Virus record (IMG/VR): IMGVR_UViG_3300045988_102880
Coordinates: 1 to 45,006 of that record
Reading direction: 5' to 3' (one strand)
DNA from: a virus
Length of the DNA stretch: 45,006 bases
Shown here: positions 1-6,999 of the stretch, in pieces
Layout: each line of letters starts with the position of its first letter
How positions within the stretch are numbered: the first letter of the stretch is position 1
Program-made: the position numbers and the translations under genes
The notes under the pieces: model-generated
Seen by the model: only the letters and a program-made list of their open reading frames with translations
The model's database searches: none
What the model was told of the DNA's origin: nothing

Positions 1-297
1 TGCATTACCGTAGACCCGTGCATTACCGTAGACCCGTGCATTACCGTAGACCCGTGCATTACCGTAGACCCGTGCATCACCGGAGACCCATGCATCACCG
101 TAGACCTGTGCATTACCGGAGACCCGTGCATCACCGGAGACCCGTGCATCACCGTAGACCTGTGCATCACCGGAGACCCGTGCATTACCGTAGACCCGTG
201 CATCACCGGAGACCCATGCATCACCGGAGACCCGTGCATCACCGTAGACCTGTGCATCACCGTAGACCTGTGCATCACCGGAGACCCATGCATTACC
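1..297 (-). repeat. 18-bp coding tandem repeat array, part 1 (about 16.5 units)
   Basis: Units tgcatYaccgKagaccYR start at 1, 19, 37 ... 271. Only four positions per unit vary. Confidence 0.95.
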
Positions 298-444
298 ATC
301 ATTGCCGAGGTTAGATTCTTTCTCAATAAATCCTCCCAGGTCTCCTTCTTCAACATCACCGAACGCCACCAGAGCCTTGATTCTGAATAGCTTTTTTCCA
401 AAAATATTGGTCTCATATTCTGCTGTGAGTTCAAATTTTTTCAT
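1..444 (-). CDS. Hexapeptide-repeat (left-handed beta-helix) protein, YdcK-like; N-terminal part, continues in 44609-44929 (254 aa in total)
   Basis: ATG at 444-442 follows GGAGGT and overlaps the upstream stop (ATGA). Translation is MKKFELTAEYETNIFGKKLFRIKALVAFGDVEEGDLGGFIEKESNLGNDGNAW followed by (V-Y/S-G-N/D-A-R/Q/W)n. It is absent from the ORF track because it runs off the window edge. Confidence 0.8.
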   Translation of the reverse strand, partial: MKKFELTAEYETNIFGKKLFRIKALVAFGDVEEGDLGGFIEKESNLGNDGNAWVSGDAQVYGDAQVYGDARVSGDAWVSGDARVYGNARVSGDAQVYGDARVSGDARVSGNAQVYGDAWVSGDARVYGNARVYGNARVYGNARVYGNA

Positions 445-740
445 TCTGATTTTACCTCCAATTTCTTCACGCCTGGTCCCAACTCTTTCACCCAAACCAC
501 ATGCTGAAATGGTTCTATGAGCTTGTCCCAGTCCTCCAGCACATAGGCAAGATGGGATTTGGCCTTCTCCTTCTTTTGGACGATCTTGTATCTGCCGTCC
601 ACCAATGTTCCATTTTGCGCGTATACTGTTACTGCCCCAATGGGAATCCCCATCAGCTTTGCTATCTGACCGGCTGCCTTGCTTTGACCAATCAGCCGGT
701 CTTCGCAGTAAAGGTCGTACACATGTGTGATATATGCCAT
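441..740 (-). CDS. Hypothetical protein, 99 aa
   Basis: ORF 441..887 trimmed to MAYITHVYDLY. That ATG follows AAGGA and lies just after the stop of the replisome organizer gene at 745. Confidence 0.55.
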   Translation of the reverse strand: MAYITHVYDLYCEDRLIGQSKAAGQIAKLMGIPIGAVTVYAQNGTLVDGRYKIVQKKEKAKSHLAYVLEDWDKLIEPFQHVVWVKELGPGVKKLEVKSE

Positions 741-744
741 CTTT

Positions 745-1521
745 CTATCCTTTCTGGCTCTCCAGTAGCTCCCGTTCCAGTGTGTCAAAATCATAATCCC
801 GCTGCTGAAAGTTCGTGAATCCGGTTGGCTTGGCTCCCGTCTTCTTCTCCGGTCTTGCTGCGTTCTGTGACCTCGATAACCAGCCATTCAAAAATCTCTT
901 TGCACCGGCTCTCGTCTTCCGGTTCTTGGGATTCGATAAGCACCAGCCGGTAATGTTCCTGATTTCCTGTCTCACATCTATCCCCGGATAGAGCTGCTGG
1001 AAATTCTCCACGTCGTTCTCCGTGATCTCGTATGATGTTCCATCGTTCAGGAGGAAGCTTCCGGCGCAAGGCGATTTATCGTCCGGCACAGAAGGAGTAT
1101 TATTATTACTTTCTTTCCTTCTTCCCTTCTTACTTTCTTCTATTGTTGCCGGTTGACTGCCGGTTGCTTGCCGGTTGACTGCCACTTGACTGCCGGTTAC
1201 TGTGCCATCTGTCTGATATAGATTGTACTTTTTCACTGTAACTACGCTGAATTTTGAGTGCCGGTTGACTGCCACTTCCCCTGTCGTTTCAAGATGATTT
1301 AATGCGGTTCTTACATTCTTTACTGACAACCCTGTATCTTTCGCCAGACTGCTATAGGAAGTTACCAGCGATCCCCTCGGAACTTCTGTCCCCTGGAACC
1401 TGCCGTCCTTCCAGTTGGCTTTCAGCAGCAGGTGGATAAACAGCCGACAAGTGTTTATGTCCGAATACCATTCCCACTCAAGGATCCGGCGATCTATCTT
1501 GATATGTCCACCCATAGGCAT
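745..1521 (-). CDS. Phage replisome organizer / DnaD-like replication initiation protein
   Basis: N-terminus IKIDRRILEWEWYSDINTCRLFIHLLLKANWKDG..RGSLVTSYSSLAKDTGLSVKNVRTALNHLE is typical of the replisome-organizer winged helix. C-terminus ..ITGWCLSNPKNRKTRAGAKRFLNGWL. Internal DNA iterons are present. Confidence 0.75.
   Translation of the reverse strand: MPMGGHIKIDRRILEWEWYSDINTCRLFIHLLLKANWKDGRFQGTEVPRGSLVTSYSSLAKDTGLSVKNVRTALNHLETTGEVAVNRHSKFSVVTVKKYNLYQTDGTVTGSQVAVNRQATGSQPATIEESKKGRRKESNNNTPSVPDDKSPCAGSFLLNDGTSYEITENDVENFQQLYPGIDVRQEIRNITGWCLSNPKNRKTRAGAKRFLNGWLSRSQNAARPEKKTGAKPTGFTNFQQRDYDFDTLERELLESQKG
1148..1277. repeat. Iteron-like direct repeats inside the replisome organizer gene (candidate ori)
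   Basis: gccggttgactgcc occurs at 1148-1161 and 1170-1183. The 18-mer gccggttgactgccactt is exact at 1170-1187 and 1260-1277. Related ttgactgccggtt lies between them. Confidence 0.5.
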
Positions 1522-1525
1522 CCAC

Positions 1526-1846
1526 CTACAGGCCTGCTTTCTGATAGAGCTGCATCCAAGCTTCCATAGGCATCGTCACAAGCCATTCATGGTCGTTTTT
1601 ACGCCACATAACCGTGGGCATGGTTCCGATCTTCGCCGCGTCTCTTTTTGCCTGTTCAATGGCTTCGTAGACGTTCAGATTTTCTCTCCGCTTGACCTCG
1701 ATATGGATACCCGGAAGCCCTACCACATCCGCATCACCGTTTGCTCCGGCATACTGCTGACCTCTTCTACAAGGGTAACCGTAGCTGCGTAAAATCCTCG
1801 CCACTTCCAGCTCCCCGGCTTTCCCCTTCTTCTTCCCGTTTACCAT
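1526..1846 (-). CDS. PDDEXK-type Holliday junction resolvase-like nuclease
   Basis: MVNGKKKGKAGELEVARIL...GDADVVGLPGIHIEVKRRE shows an E...D...EVK catalytic-type pattern. ORF 1526..1864 was trimmed to the second ATG. Confidence 0.65.
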   Translation of the reverse strand: MVNGKKKGKAGELEVARILRSYGYPCRRGQQYAGANGDADVVGLPGIHIEVKRRENLNVYEAIEQAKRDAAKIGTMPTVMWRKNDHEWLVTMPMEAWMQLYQKAGL

Positions 1847-2153
1847 GCTTATCCATCCTTTCAAATGCCGCCCACATAGGTTTGATCTTGTCCAGTACCC
1901 TATATGCTCTGGCAGTCTCTTGCGCTATATATTGCTTGCATTCCAGCTTTTCATCCGGAATACTTAATCTTGGTTTGTAATAACCATCCCCGACATTGAT
2001 GATCGTGTCGTTGTCGCTATGCTCATTCCATTTACCGATCATCCGGCGAAGGCTTCTGTCCACTGCTCTGTTCCTTGGTCTCTCGACTCTGGACTCTCGC
2101 CCATAGCCGATTCGGTAAAACAGGTCTTCCGCAGCTTTCTTTTTGTCCTTCAT
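1767..2153 (-). CDS. Hypothetical protein, 128 aa
   Basis: ORF with GAAAGGAGAAGA before the ATG. Its 3' end overlaps the resolvase gene start by about 80 nt. Confidence 0.55.
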   Translation of the reverse strand: MKDKKKAAEDLFYRIGYGRESRVERPRNRAVDRSLRRMIGKWNEHSDNDTIINVGDGYYKPRLSIPDEKLECKQYIAQETARAYRVLDKIKPMWAAFERMDKHGKREEEGESRGAGSGEDFTQLRLPL

Positions 2154-2214
2154 TCTTCTCCTTTCTCCGGCGGTCTGAGCCGCCGGTTGAGAAACAATCT
2201 TGAAGATATATCCA

Positions 2215-2880
2215 TCATGGGCTTTTGTGTGATATATTATCGCCCGGAGGTAACTGATCTTTTATTACGATTCCATAGACCTTGTACATCTTCTGGAACC
2301 GCTCATCGCCTAAGTTATGCCACATCGTATGATGTTCACGGCAAAGGCACATTTTCCGATATTCGGAATCATCAACCTTACGCCGGTCGTTTCCCATGCC
2401 GATAGAGTCAACATGATGGATCTCACCAGGCTTGCCGCACACGCAACATTTCTTTGCCTTCAGGCAGAAGTACAGATATCTTCCGATATCATCTGTCCGC
2501 TCAACACCAGATTCTGTCAACTGAATACCTGCAGTTATGGCATACTCCAGAATCGTATTGATAAACTCTCTGGCAGTATCCATCGTGCAATCTGATAGCG
2601 AAAAATACTCACATCCGGTATTGGCGATGTGTAGATACTTCAGCCACTCCTTCTGTTCTTCTGGAAGATAACCGGTATATGCTGCGATATCTCGGATCGT
2701 GGCATATGCTTTTTTCCTTTGCTCAACAGAGATGGTCCGGCCATCATCAAATCTGATCTCCGACTTTCGGATCCGCTTCTTCATGAGCATATCTTGCAGT
2801 TGCAGCTTGGGAATATGGATGATCAGATCCGTTCCCTCTGCTGTCTGCTTGACCTTCTGGATCTCAGCTACTGTGTGCAC
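2215..2880 (-). CDS. HNH-like Cys/His zinc-finger nuclease-domain protein (DUF968-like)
   Basis: C-terminal CCVCGKPGEIHHVDSIG...MCLCREHHTMWHNLG (CxxC..HH..C.C..HH..H). It sits directly downstream of the annealing protein gene. Confidence 0.6.
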   Translation of the reverse strand: MHTVAEIQKVKQTAEGTDLIIHIPKLQLQDMLMKKRIRKSEIRFDDGRTISVEQRKKAYATIRDIAAYTGYLPEEQKEWLKYLHIANTGCEYFSLSDCTMDTAREFINTILEYAITAGIQLTESGVERTDDIGRYLYFCLKAKKCCVCGKPGEIHHVDSIGMGNDRRKVDDSEYRKMCLCREHHTMWHNLGDERFQKMYKVYGIVIKDQLPPGDNISHKSP

Positions 2881-3521
2881 TCAGCATCATCCTTTTTCTT
2901 TTTATCTTTGGCTGTCTCCAGCACCTTAATCATCACGTCTGCCACATCTTCCCTGAGTTCTCCACCATACTCTGCACCATACTTCCGATACATCATCTCG
3001 ATGTTCACATCCAACTCCTTACAGAGCTTTTCAATCTTCTCAAGTCTGGTCTTTCCTGCCGGTTTTGCAGGCGGAAGATCTTCCCCAGCGTAAATGTAAA
3101 GCCCCAGACCGTACATGGCAATGTTTTTTACCAGACACCGCATGATTGCTGTATTTACGTCAAACATGGTTGCCGCTTCCACCGGTTTCTCAATGTATCC
3201 GCCTGTCCAGCTTCCATTCTTGTACTCTTTTACCTGGTATGTATAACGCTCGGACTTCATGGCCTTGTTGGCTCCGTCCATCACCGGTAGCCACATAATC
3301 CGCTCTACTCCGTCAACAACCATCTTTGTCATAACCATGTAGCCGAGATCCGGATCTTCAAGATACGGCTTTCCATCAAACATCTGGATCTCGTATCTAG
3401 CATCCGGATATTTCCGCACAATCTCTGACCATGCCCAGCACCATGACAGGTAGTTCAGTCCGTTTTTTTTCTCAACGTGCTTGCTCACGTCCACACTTGC
3501 CAGTTGTCCAAAATCAACCAT
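2868..3521 (-). CDS. Rad52/Sak-type (DUF1071-like) single-strand annealing protein
   Basis: NGLNYLSWCWAWSEIVRKYPDARYE...NIAMYGLGLYIYAGEDLP matches the Sak/Rad52-like annealing-protein signature as I recall it. Confidence 0.7.
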   Translation of the reverse strand: MVDFGQLASVDVSKHVEKKNGLNYLSWCWAWSEIVRKYPDARYEIQMFDGKPYLEDPDLGYMVMTKMVVDGVERIMWLPVMDGANKAMKSERYTYQVKEYKNGSWTGGYIEKPVEAATMFDVNTAIMRCLVKNIAMYGLGLYIYAGEDLPPAKPAGKTRLEKIEKLCKELDVNIEMMYRKYGAEYGGELREDVADVMIKVLETAKDKKKKDDAECTQ

Positions 3522-3687
3522 TTAACCTCACCCTATGTTCCCTTCTCAAATATCGCATCACGCAATCAGCACACAGCCTGTATCCATCAATCTCATAGCA
3601 GTCATCTTGTTCATATTCATCTGTTTCTTTATGGATCTTTCCTCCACATCCATCACAGATGATATACGGATCTTCTTTTATACACAT
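3514..3687 (-). CDS. Small zinc-ribbon protein, 57 aa
   Basis: ORF 3514..3792 trimmed to MCIKEDPYIICDGCGGKIH...CADCVMRY. GGAGGAG lies 8 nt upstream. Confidence 0.5.
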   Translation of the reverse strand: MCIKEDPYIICDGCGGKIHKETDEYEQDDCYEIDGYRLCADCVMRYLRREHRVRLNG

Positions 3688-3860
3688 GCTGCCATCTCCT
3701 CCAACTTCAGCCGGATCTGCGGTTTCTCTGTATCCAGCAGTTTGTATAACTGCCTTCCTCGTCTTGTCCGTTCTCTTATCTTGGCTCGGCACTCTTCACA
3801 CAGCAGTCCCTCTCCCGGATCGAGGTTGCAACCGCAAGCATCGCATTTATACTTCCACAT
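3678..3860 (-). CDS. Small zinc-ribbon protein, 60 aa
   Basis: MWKYKCDACGCNLDPGEGLLCEECRAKI carries two CxxC pairs. Confidence 0.5.
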   Translation of the reverse strand: MWKYKCDACGCNLDPGEGLLCEECRAKIRERTRRGRQLYKLLDTEKPQIRLKLEEMAACV

Positions 3861-4032
3861 GATCCTCTTCCTTTACTGCATCCAGTCCCAGAGCCATGCG
3901 GGCAAGTCCTGCATCCAGATACTGTCTGGATACTGATGCGCTGTCGATCATCTTTCTTGCCATTTTGAGCTGCATATAATCTTCAAACTCACTTCTGGTA
4001 ATGAGAACCTTGTCTTCGATTACCTTAAACAT
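3847..4032 (-). CDS. Hypothetical protein, 61 aa
   Basis: ORF 3847..4110 trimmed to MFKVIEDKV. AGGAGG lies 6 nt upstream. Confidence 0.5.
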   Translation of the reverse strand: MFKVIEDKVLITRSEFEDYMQLKMARKMIDSASVSRQYLDAGLARMALGLDAVKEEDHVEV

Positions 4033-4120
4033 GTTCATCCTCCTATTCTCAATACTCCCGCCAGCACTACTGCCCAGATCATCAGGCACACCAGCAGGAT
4101 AATCGCCCACTTACAATCTT

Positions 4121-4306
4121 TCATAACTCATATTCCTCGTAAATGATTCCTGTGATGATTACACAGGCAAGTCCGCCCGCCGCTGTCATCACTGCCCACG
4201 GAATGTCCTTGCTGTCGCATATCGCCTCTGCTGTCCACAGCATCCCATAGGTAAATAGGCAAAAGCTAAAGCCGCCAAACAGCATCCACAAAAATCTCAT
4301 ATGCAA
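4121..4306 (-). CDS. Small membrane protein (2 predicted TM segments)
   Basis: Hydrophobic stretches FLWMLFGGFSFCLFTYGMLW and AVMTAAGGLACVIITGIIY. The start is uncertain because it overlaps the upstream ORF. Confidence 0.45.
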   Translation of the reverse strand: MHMRFLWMLFGGFSFCLFTYGMLWTAEAICDSKDIPWAVMTAAGGLACVIITGIIYEEYEL

Positions 4307-4448
4307 TAACTCCCAACGTTACCAGCCACACCAGTGCAAGCATCAGGCACAGGCGCTTCCAGAACAGTATCTTGTGCTTCAGCTTTCCAATAACCTCAGT
4401 AGCCAGTGTCTCCTGTGCTTCACTCCATGTTTTGACATTTGTACGCAT
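4266..4448 (-). CDS. Small membrane protein (1 TM segment)
   Basis: TAGGAGGGACTT precedes the ATG. TM stretch is LCLMLALVWLVTLGVIAY. Confidence 0.5.
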   Translation of the reverse strand: MRTNVKTWSEAQETLATEVIGKLKHKILFWKRLCLMLALVWLVTLGVIAYEIFVDAVWRL

Positions 4449-4570
4449 AAGTCCCTCCTATAATTCTTCCCACTTAAAACGACCCTTACCGGAATTTCTC
4501 CACTGTCCAATGCCGCGAAACTCTCCGTAATCAAGCCACTCTCTGACAATCTTCTACAGTTTTCTCCCTC

Positions 4571-4771
4571 TCACTTCCTCGACTGCCGCCACCGCTCAAA
4601 TTTCTCGGTCTCGATCAGTACCGGAGAGTTCCGGCTTTCCGGGCGAAGCTTAAATGCAAATGCCTGACCTGGATAATGGATCAGCCGGGATATACTCCCT
4701 CGACTGTATCCATACAGCCGCTCAATCTCGGTGGCTTTCATAATTTTCTTCGGATACTCCGTCTTTCTCAC
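4571..4771 (-). CDS. Excisionase-like / MerR-type HTH DNA-binding protein
   Basis: IMKATEIERLYGYSRGSISRLI...LIETEKFERWRQ resembles the excisionase-family HTH pattern. Confidence 0.5.
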   Translation of the reverse strand: MRKTEYPKKIMKATEIERLYGYSRGSISRLIHYPGQAFAFKLRPESRNSPVLIETEKFERWRQSRK

Positions 4772-4774
4772 CTC

Positions 4775-5035
4775 CTACCATGACAGACCCTGTATCTTGC
4801 CGTTGTACGACCGCTTCTTGACGGTTGCCATAAGTTCCTCGCCGTCAAGATCGCACAGTTGCGAGTACCATTTGGATCGGAAGAATATTTCGCAATCCTT
4901 TTTCAACCGCTCATGTGCGATCTCGCCAGATTCAGTTTTCTTGCTGGCAGGCAACCGGAGATACCGTAATGCTCTCTGGTAATCTCTGACCGCCTGCGCT
5001 ACGATCGCAAATATTAAGCGTTCCTCACCTTGCAT
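4775..5035 (-). CDS. Hypothetical protein, 86 aa
   Basis: Same-strand ORF packed 3 nt from its neighbours (..FAIVAQAVRDYQRAL..). Confidence 0.5.
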   Translation of the reverse strand: MQGEERLIFAIVAQAVRDYQRALRYLRLPASKKTESGEIAHERLKKDCEIFFRSKWYSQLCDLDGEELMATVKKRSYNGKIQGLSW

Positions 5036-5038
5036 GGT

Positions 5039-5176
5039 CTACTCCTTCTTTTTGCACTCTTCTTTTTTCTTGGAAAAGCTCTCTGTCTTGCCGAGAATGT
5101 ATCCCTTGTCAAAGTCTGACATCTTCGGGATATTCTCTCTCAGCTTTTCGATGATTCTTTTTTCTTTTTCTGACAT
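5039..5176 (-). CDS. Hypothetical protein, 45 aa
   Basis: ORF 5039..5245 trimmed to MSEKEKRIIEKL, which follows GGGAGTGAG. Confidence 0.4.
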   Translation of the reverse strand: MSEKEKRIIEKLRENIPKMSDFDKGYILGKTESFSKKKEECKKKE

Positions 5177-5195
5177 ATACTCACTCCCTTCTGTG

Positions 5196-5204
5196 TGGTA
5201 TACT
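5196..5204 (+). promoter_or_regulatory. Extended -10 promoter candidate (TGGTATACT) for the plus-strand gene at 5228
   Basis: tgtgtggtatact lies 24 nt upstream of the ATG. The same TGTGGTAT core recurs before the plus-strand gene at 5779. Confidence 0.4.
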
Positions 5205-5227
5205 CTCCTTGGGAAAGGAGGTATAAA

Positions 5228-5515
5228 ATGATAACCTGGAAACAATATCGGTTAATGAAGTCCGTTCTCAAAAACAACGGAACCACCGCACAAGATACCG
5301 AGAATCACGAAATGTATAGATATTTAGCATCTAAAGGATTCTTGCACAAGCAACCTGTACGTGGGTATGAGGGCTATGTGGTCACTCAGGACGGCGAAGT
5401 TGAAATGAAAATATATAGGGAAGATACTTACCGTTTCAAAGTGACTACCATAATCTCATTTATTGCTCTTATCACAAGTATCGTTTCCACGATTTTGAAA
5501 CTCTGTATCAAGTAG
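5228..5515 (+). CDS. Tail-anchored small membrane protein, 95 aa (moron-like, lysogen orientation)
   Basis: GGAGGTATAAA precedes the ATG. C-terminal TM stretch is VTTIISFIALITSIVSTILKL. The gene is antisense to the early operon. Confidence 0.55.
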   Translation: MITWKQYRLMKSVLKNNGTTAQDTENHEMYRYLASKGFLHKQPVRGYEGYVVTQDGEVEMKIYREDTYRFKVTTIISFIALITSIVSTILKLCIK

Positions 5516-5686
5516 ATCATCTGCAAGGTGTCCGAGTGGTATTTTCTCGCCGGGTTCTAAATGGATAGGATTTGGAAGCTCTAATCCATTTGTTTTCCCG
5601 GTAAGGACTGCCACTTTTAACTGATTTACCTGTTTCTGTAAATCTCTTACATAATCAAATAGATACTGGATATCTGATCTACTCAA
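5456..5686 (-). CDS. Hypothetical protein, 76 aa (TTG start)
   Basis: GAGAGGAGGTAAAACAG precedes the TTG. Its 3' 60 nt overlap the convergent plus-strand gene 5228-5515. Confidence 0.5.
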   Translation of the reverse strand: MSRSDIQYLFDYVRDLQKQVNQLKVAVLTGKTNGLELPNPIHLEPGEKIPLGHLADDLLDTEFQNRGNDTCDKSNK

Positions 5687-5715
5687 CTGTTTTACCTCCT
5701 CTCTTGTTGGTTACC

Positions 5716-5743
5716 TTGTAATCACATATTTTTGTGGTATCCT
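5716..5743 (+). promoter_or_regulatory. Promoter candidate TTGTAA-16-TATCCT with a TG extension, for the gene at 5779
   Basis: ttgtaa at 5716-5721 and tgtggtatcct ending at 5743. Confidence 0.4.
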
Positions 5744-5778
5744 TTTAGTAAAAATATGTTAAAAAAGGATGACTTCAT

Positions 5779-6291
5779 ATGCTGTTATTTGCCATAATCG
5801 GAATCGCTGCTTTAAAATTTACATTAAATTTTTTCCGCCTTATTGGAACTCTCGTTATCTTCCGCATTTTTCGGAGACAACCGAATAATCTTGCTCAATA
5901 TTGTCCTTTTGCGACATCCTTATTTAATTCTGCCGGAACTCAGCAGATTATTATTTCTACTGTCAGATCCAATGGGCTTAATCAAGCCAAAAAGGACTAC
6001 ATTTCAAATTCCCTGCACAAAAAGGACTCATATTATGCCTTGGAAAATATTTTTCAAAAAACCATCGGTGTGTACAAATTCAGAATGTTGGAAAGTATAA
6101 ATCCTTTTTATTGGATTTTCCTTCCGATTCGCATTCTTGAAAATTTAGAGATTGAGATTCCCGAAATCGCGAAGCCTATCATTAATCTCATTTACTGGTT
6201 TCTTGGCGTAATTGCAGCATATTTTCTCGAAAAATATCTGGATCTTCATTTCCAGGATTTGGATGTATACATATCTGACATGCTGAAGTGA
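5779..6291 (+). CDS. AT-rich membrane protein, 170 aa (moron; possible superinfection-exclusion or Abi-type function)
   Basis: N-terminal TM (LLFAIIGIAALKFTLNFF, LIGTLVIFRIF) and C-terminal TM (IINLIYWFLGVIAAYFL). The region is visibly more AT-rich than its flanks and antisense to the early operon. Confidence 0.55.
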   Translation: MLLFAIIGIAALKFTLNFFRLIGTLVIFRIFRRQPNNLAQYCPFATSLFNSAGTQQIIISTVRSNGLNQAKKDYISNSLHKKDSYYALENIFQKTIGVYKFRMLESINPFYWIFLPIRILENLEIEIPEIAKPIINLIYWFLGVIAAYFLEKYLDLHFQDLDVYISDMLK

Positions 6292-6433
6292 GAAAATCCC
6301 GTATGTCTTTCCTCTCTCCCTTGCTGCGGCACTTTCTCAGACGTATTGTCTCGTCAAACATAGCCTGGTAAAGAACCGCAACGATTTTTTCTTTGCTTGT
6401 CTCCGTGAACACAGGCTCGTCAAGCCGATTCAT
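6188..6433 (-). CDS. Hypothetical early protein, 81 aa
   Basis: GGAGTAGGAGGTGAGAAC precedes the ATG. Its last ~104 nt overlap the convergent gene 5779-6291, so the C-terminus may be read-through into an inserted moron. Confidence 0.5.
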   Translation of the reverse strand: MNRLDEPVFTETSKEKIVAVLYQAMFDETIRLRKCRSKGERKDIRDFLTSACQICIHPNPGNEDPDIFRENMLQLRQETSK

Positions 6434-6503
6434 GTTCTCACCTCCTACTCCTTCAAAAAATGCTCAATACTTACTCCGAAGTAATCTTCCAGCTCTTTCA
6501 TTA

Positions 6504-6677
6504 TTACTTCTTTAATTCAAAGCCGACTGAATCTACCGTAACATTCAGTGTCACAGTGAACTCTGCAGGACATCCTGCAGAGTTTTTCAACTCGTAGTCC
6601 TTCACATTCCGAATCTCGCAACCGTCTAAAAAAACCTTTCCATCCGGTGTAATCTTCAATTTTTGAAAATCTTCCAT
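6504..6677 (-). CDS. Hypothetical early protein, 57 aa (not in the ORF track)
   Basis: GGAGGTGAGAAGAG precedes the ATG. Translation is MEDFQKLKITPDGKVFLDGCEIRNVKDYELKNSAGCPAEFTVTLNVTVDSVGFELKK. Preferred over listed ORF 6517..6762, which overlaps the cro-like gene and lacks an RBS. Confidence 0.5.
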   Translation of the reverse strand: MEDFQKLKITPDGKVFLDGCEIRNVKDYELKNSAGCPAEFTVTLNVTVDSVGFELKK

Positions 6678-6698
6678 CTCTTCTCACCTCCATTCTGA

Positions 6699-6717
6699 AA
6701 TTCAATTTAATTGGATT
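6699..6717. promoter_or_regulatory. Operator-like 19-mer AATTCAATTTAATTGGATT (distal copy)
   Basis: 18/19 identical to the copy at 6946-6964. It spans the stop codon of the cro-like gene. Confidence 0.45.
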
Positions 6718-6910
6718 TATCGGGCACAAAAATAAAGTCCATAGGGATGCCGGAAAGCTCACTCATCTTTCTAAGCTGAGATACCGTTGGTTCGGTATTT
6801 CCTTTTTCCCAATTAACAACGGTTTTGTTGGAAACCCCTATTTTTTCAGCCCATTCTTTCTGGTTACATCGTGCATTTACACGTACCGCTTCCAAACAAA
6901 TCTGTGGCAT
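6707..6910 (-). CDS. Cro-like XRE-family HTH regulator
   Basis: RCNQKEWAEKIGVSNKTVVNWEKGNTEPTVSQLRKMSELSGIPMDFIF is a classic XRE HTH. The gene is divergent from the repressor gene. Confidence 0.8.
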   Translation of the reverse strand: MPQICLEAVRVNARCNQKEWAEKIGVSNKTVVNWEKGNTEPTVSQLRKMSELSGIPMDFIFVPDKSN

Positions 6911-6940
6911 TTCTTATCTCCTTTCTCAATTTCTGACTTT

Positions 6941-6969
6941 ATTATAATTCAATATAATTGGATTGTCAA
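6941..6969 (-). promoter_or_regulatory. Consensus sigma-A-type early promoter TTGACA-17-TATAAT (minus strand)
   Basis: Reverse complement of 6964-6969 is TTGACA and of 6941-6946 is TATAAT, with a 17-nt spacer. It sits about 30 nt upstream of the cro-like start. Confidence 0.7.
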
Positions 6970-6994
6970 CACTAAAATTCAAAAATATTGGATT
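6946..6994. promoter_or_regulatory. Two operator-like 19-mers (AATTCAA-N5-TTGGATT imperfect palindromes)
   Basis: 6946-6964 is AATTCAATATAATTGGATT and 6976-6994 is AATTCAAAAATATTGGATT. An extra inverted half-site TTGAATT lies at 7000-7006. Confidence 0.55.
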
Positions 6995-6999
6995 TAATA

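Noticed and set aside
1-297. Regular short repeats that could look like a CRISPR array or satellite
   Set aside because: Units are contiguous 18-mers with no spacers, they are protein-coding, and no cas genes are present.
18-314. Listed plus-strand ORF of 98 aa made of HYRRPV/HHRRPV repeats
   Set aside because: It is the antisense reading of the 18-bp tandem array. The minus-strand frame gives a canonical hexapeptide beta-helix with proper RBS, start and stop and conserved flanking domains.
4449-4570. Possible small gene in the 120-nt gap after the excisionase-like gene (frame reading IVREWLDYGEFRGIGQWRNSGKGRFKWEEL)
   Set aside because: That frame has no ATG, GTG or TTG start after the in-frame TAG. 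The alternative TTG frame lacks an RBS and runs into the next gene. I left it as intergenic.
6517-6762. Listed 81-aa minus-strand ORF overlapping the end of the cro-like gene
   Set aside because: It has no RBS, overlaps the cro-like gene by 56 nt, and has an implausible Cys/Arg-rich translation. A 57-codon ORF in another frame (6504-6677) has a GGAGGTG RBS at proper spacing.
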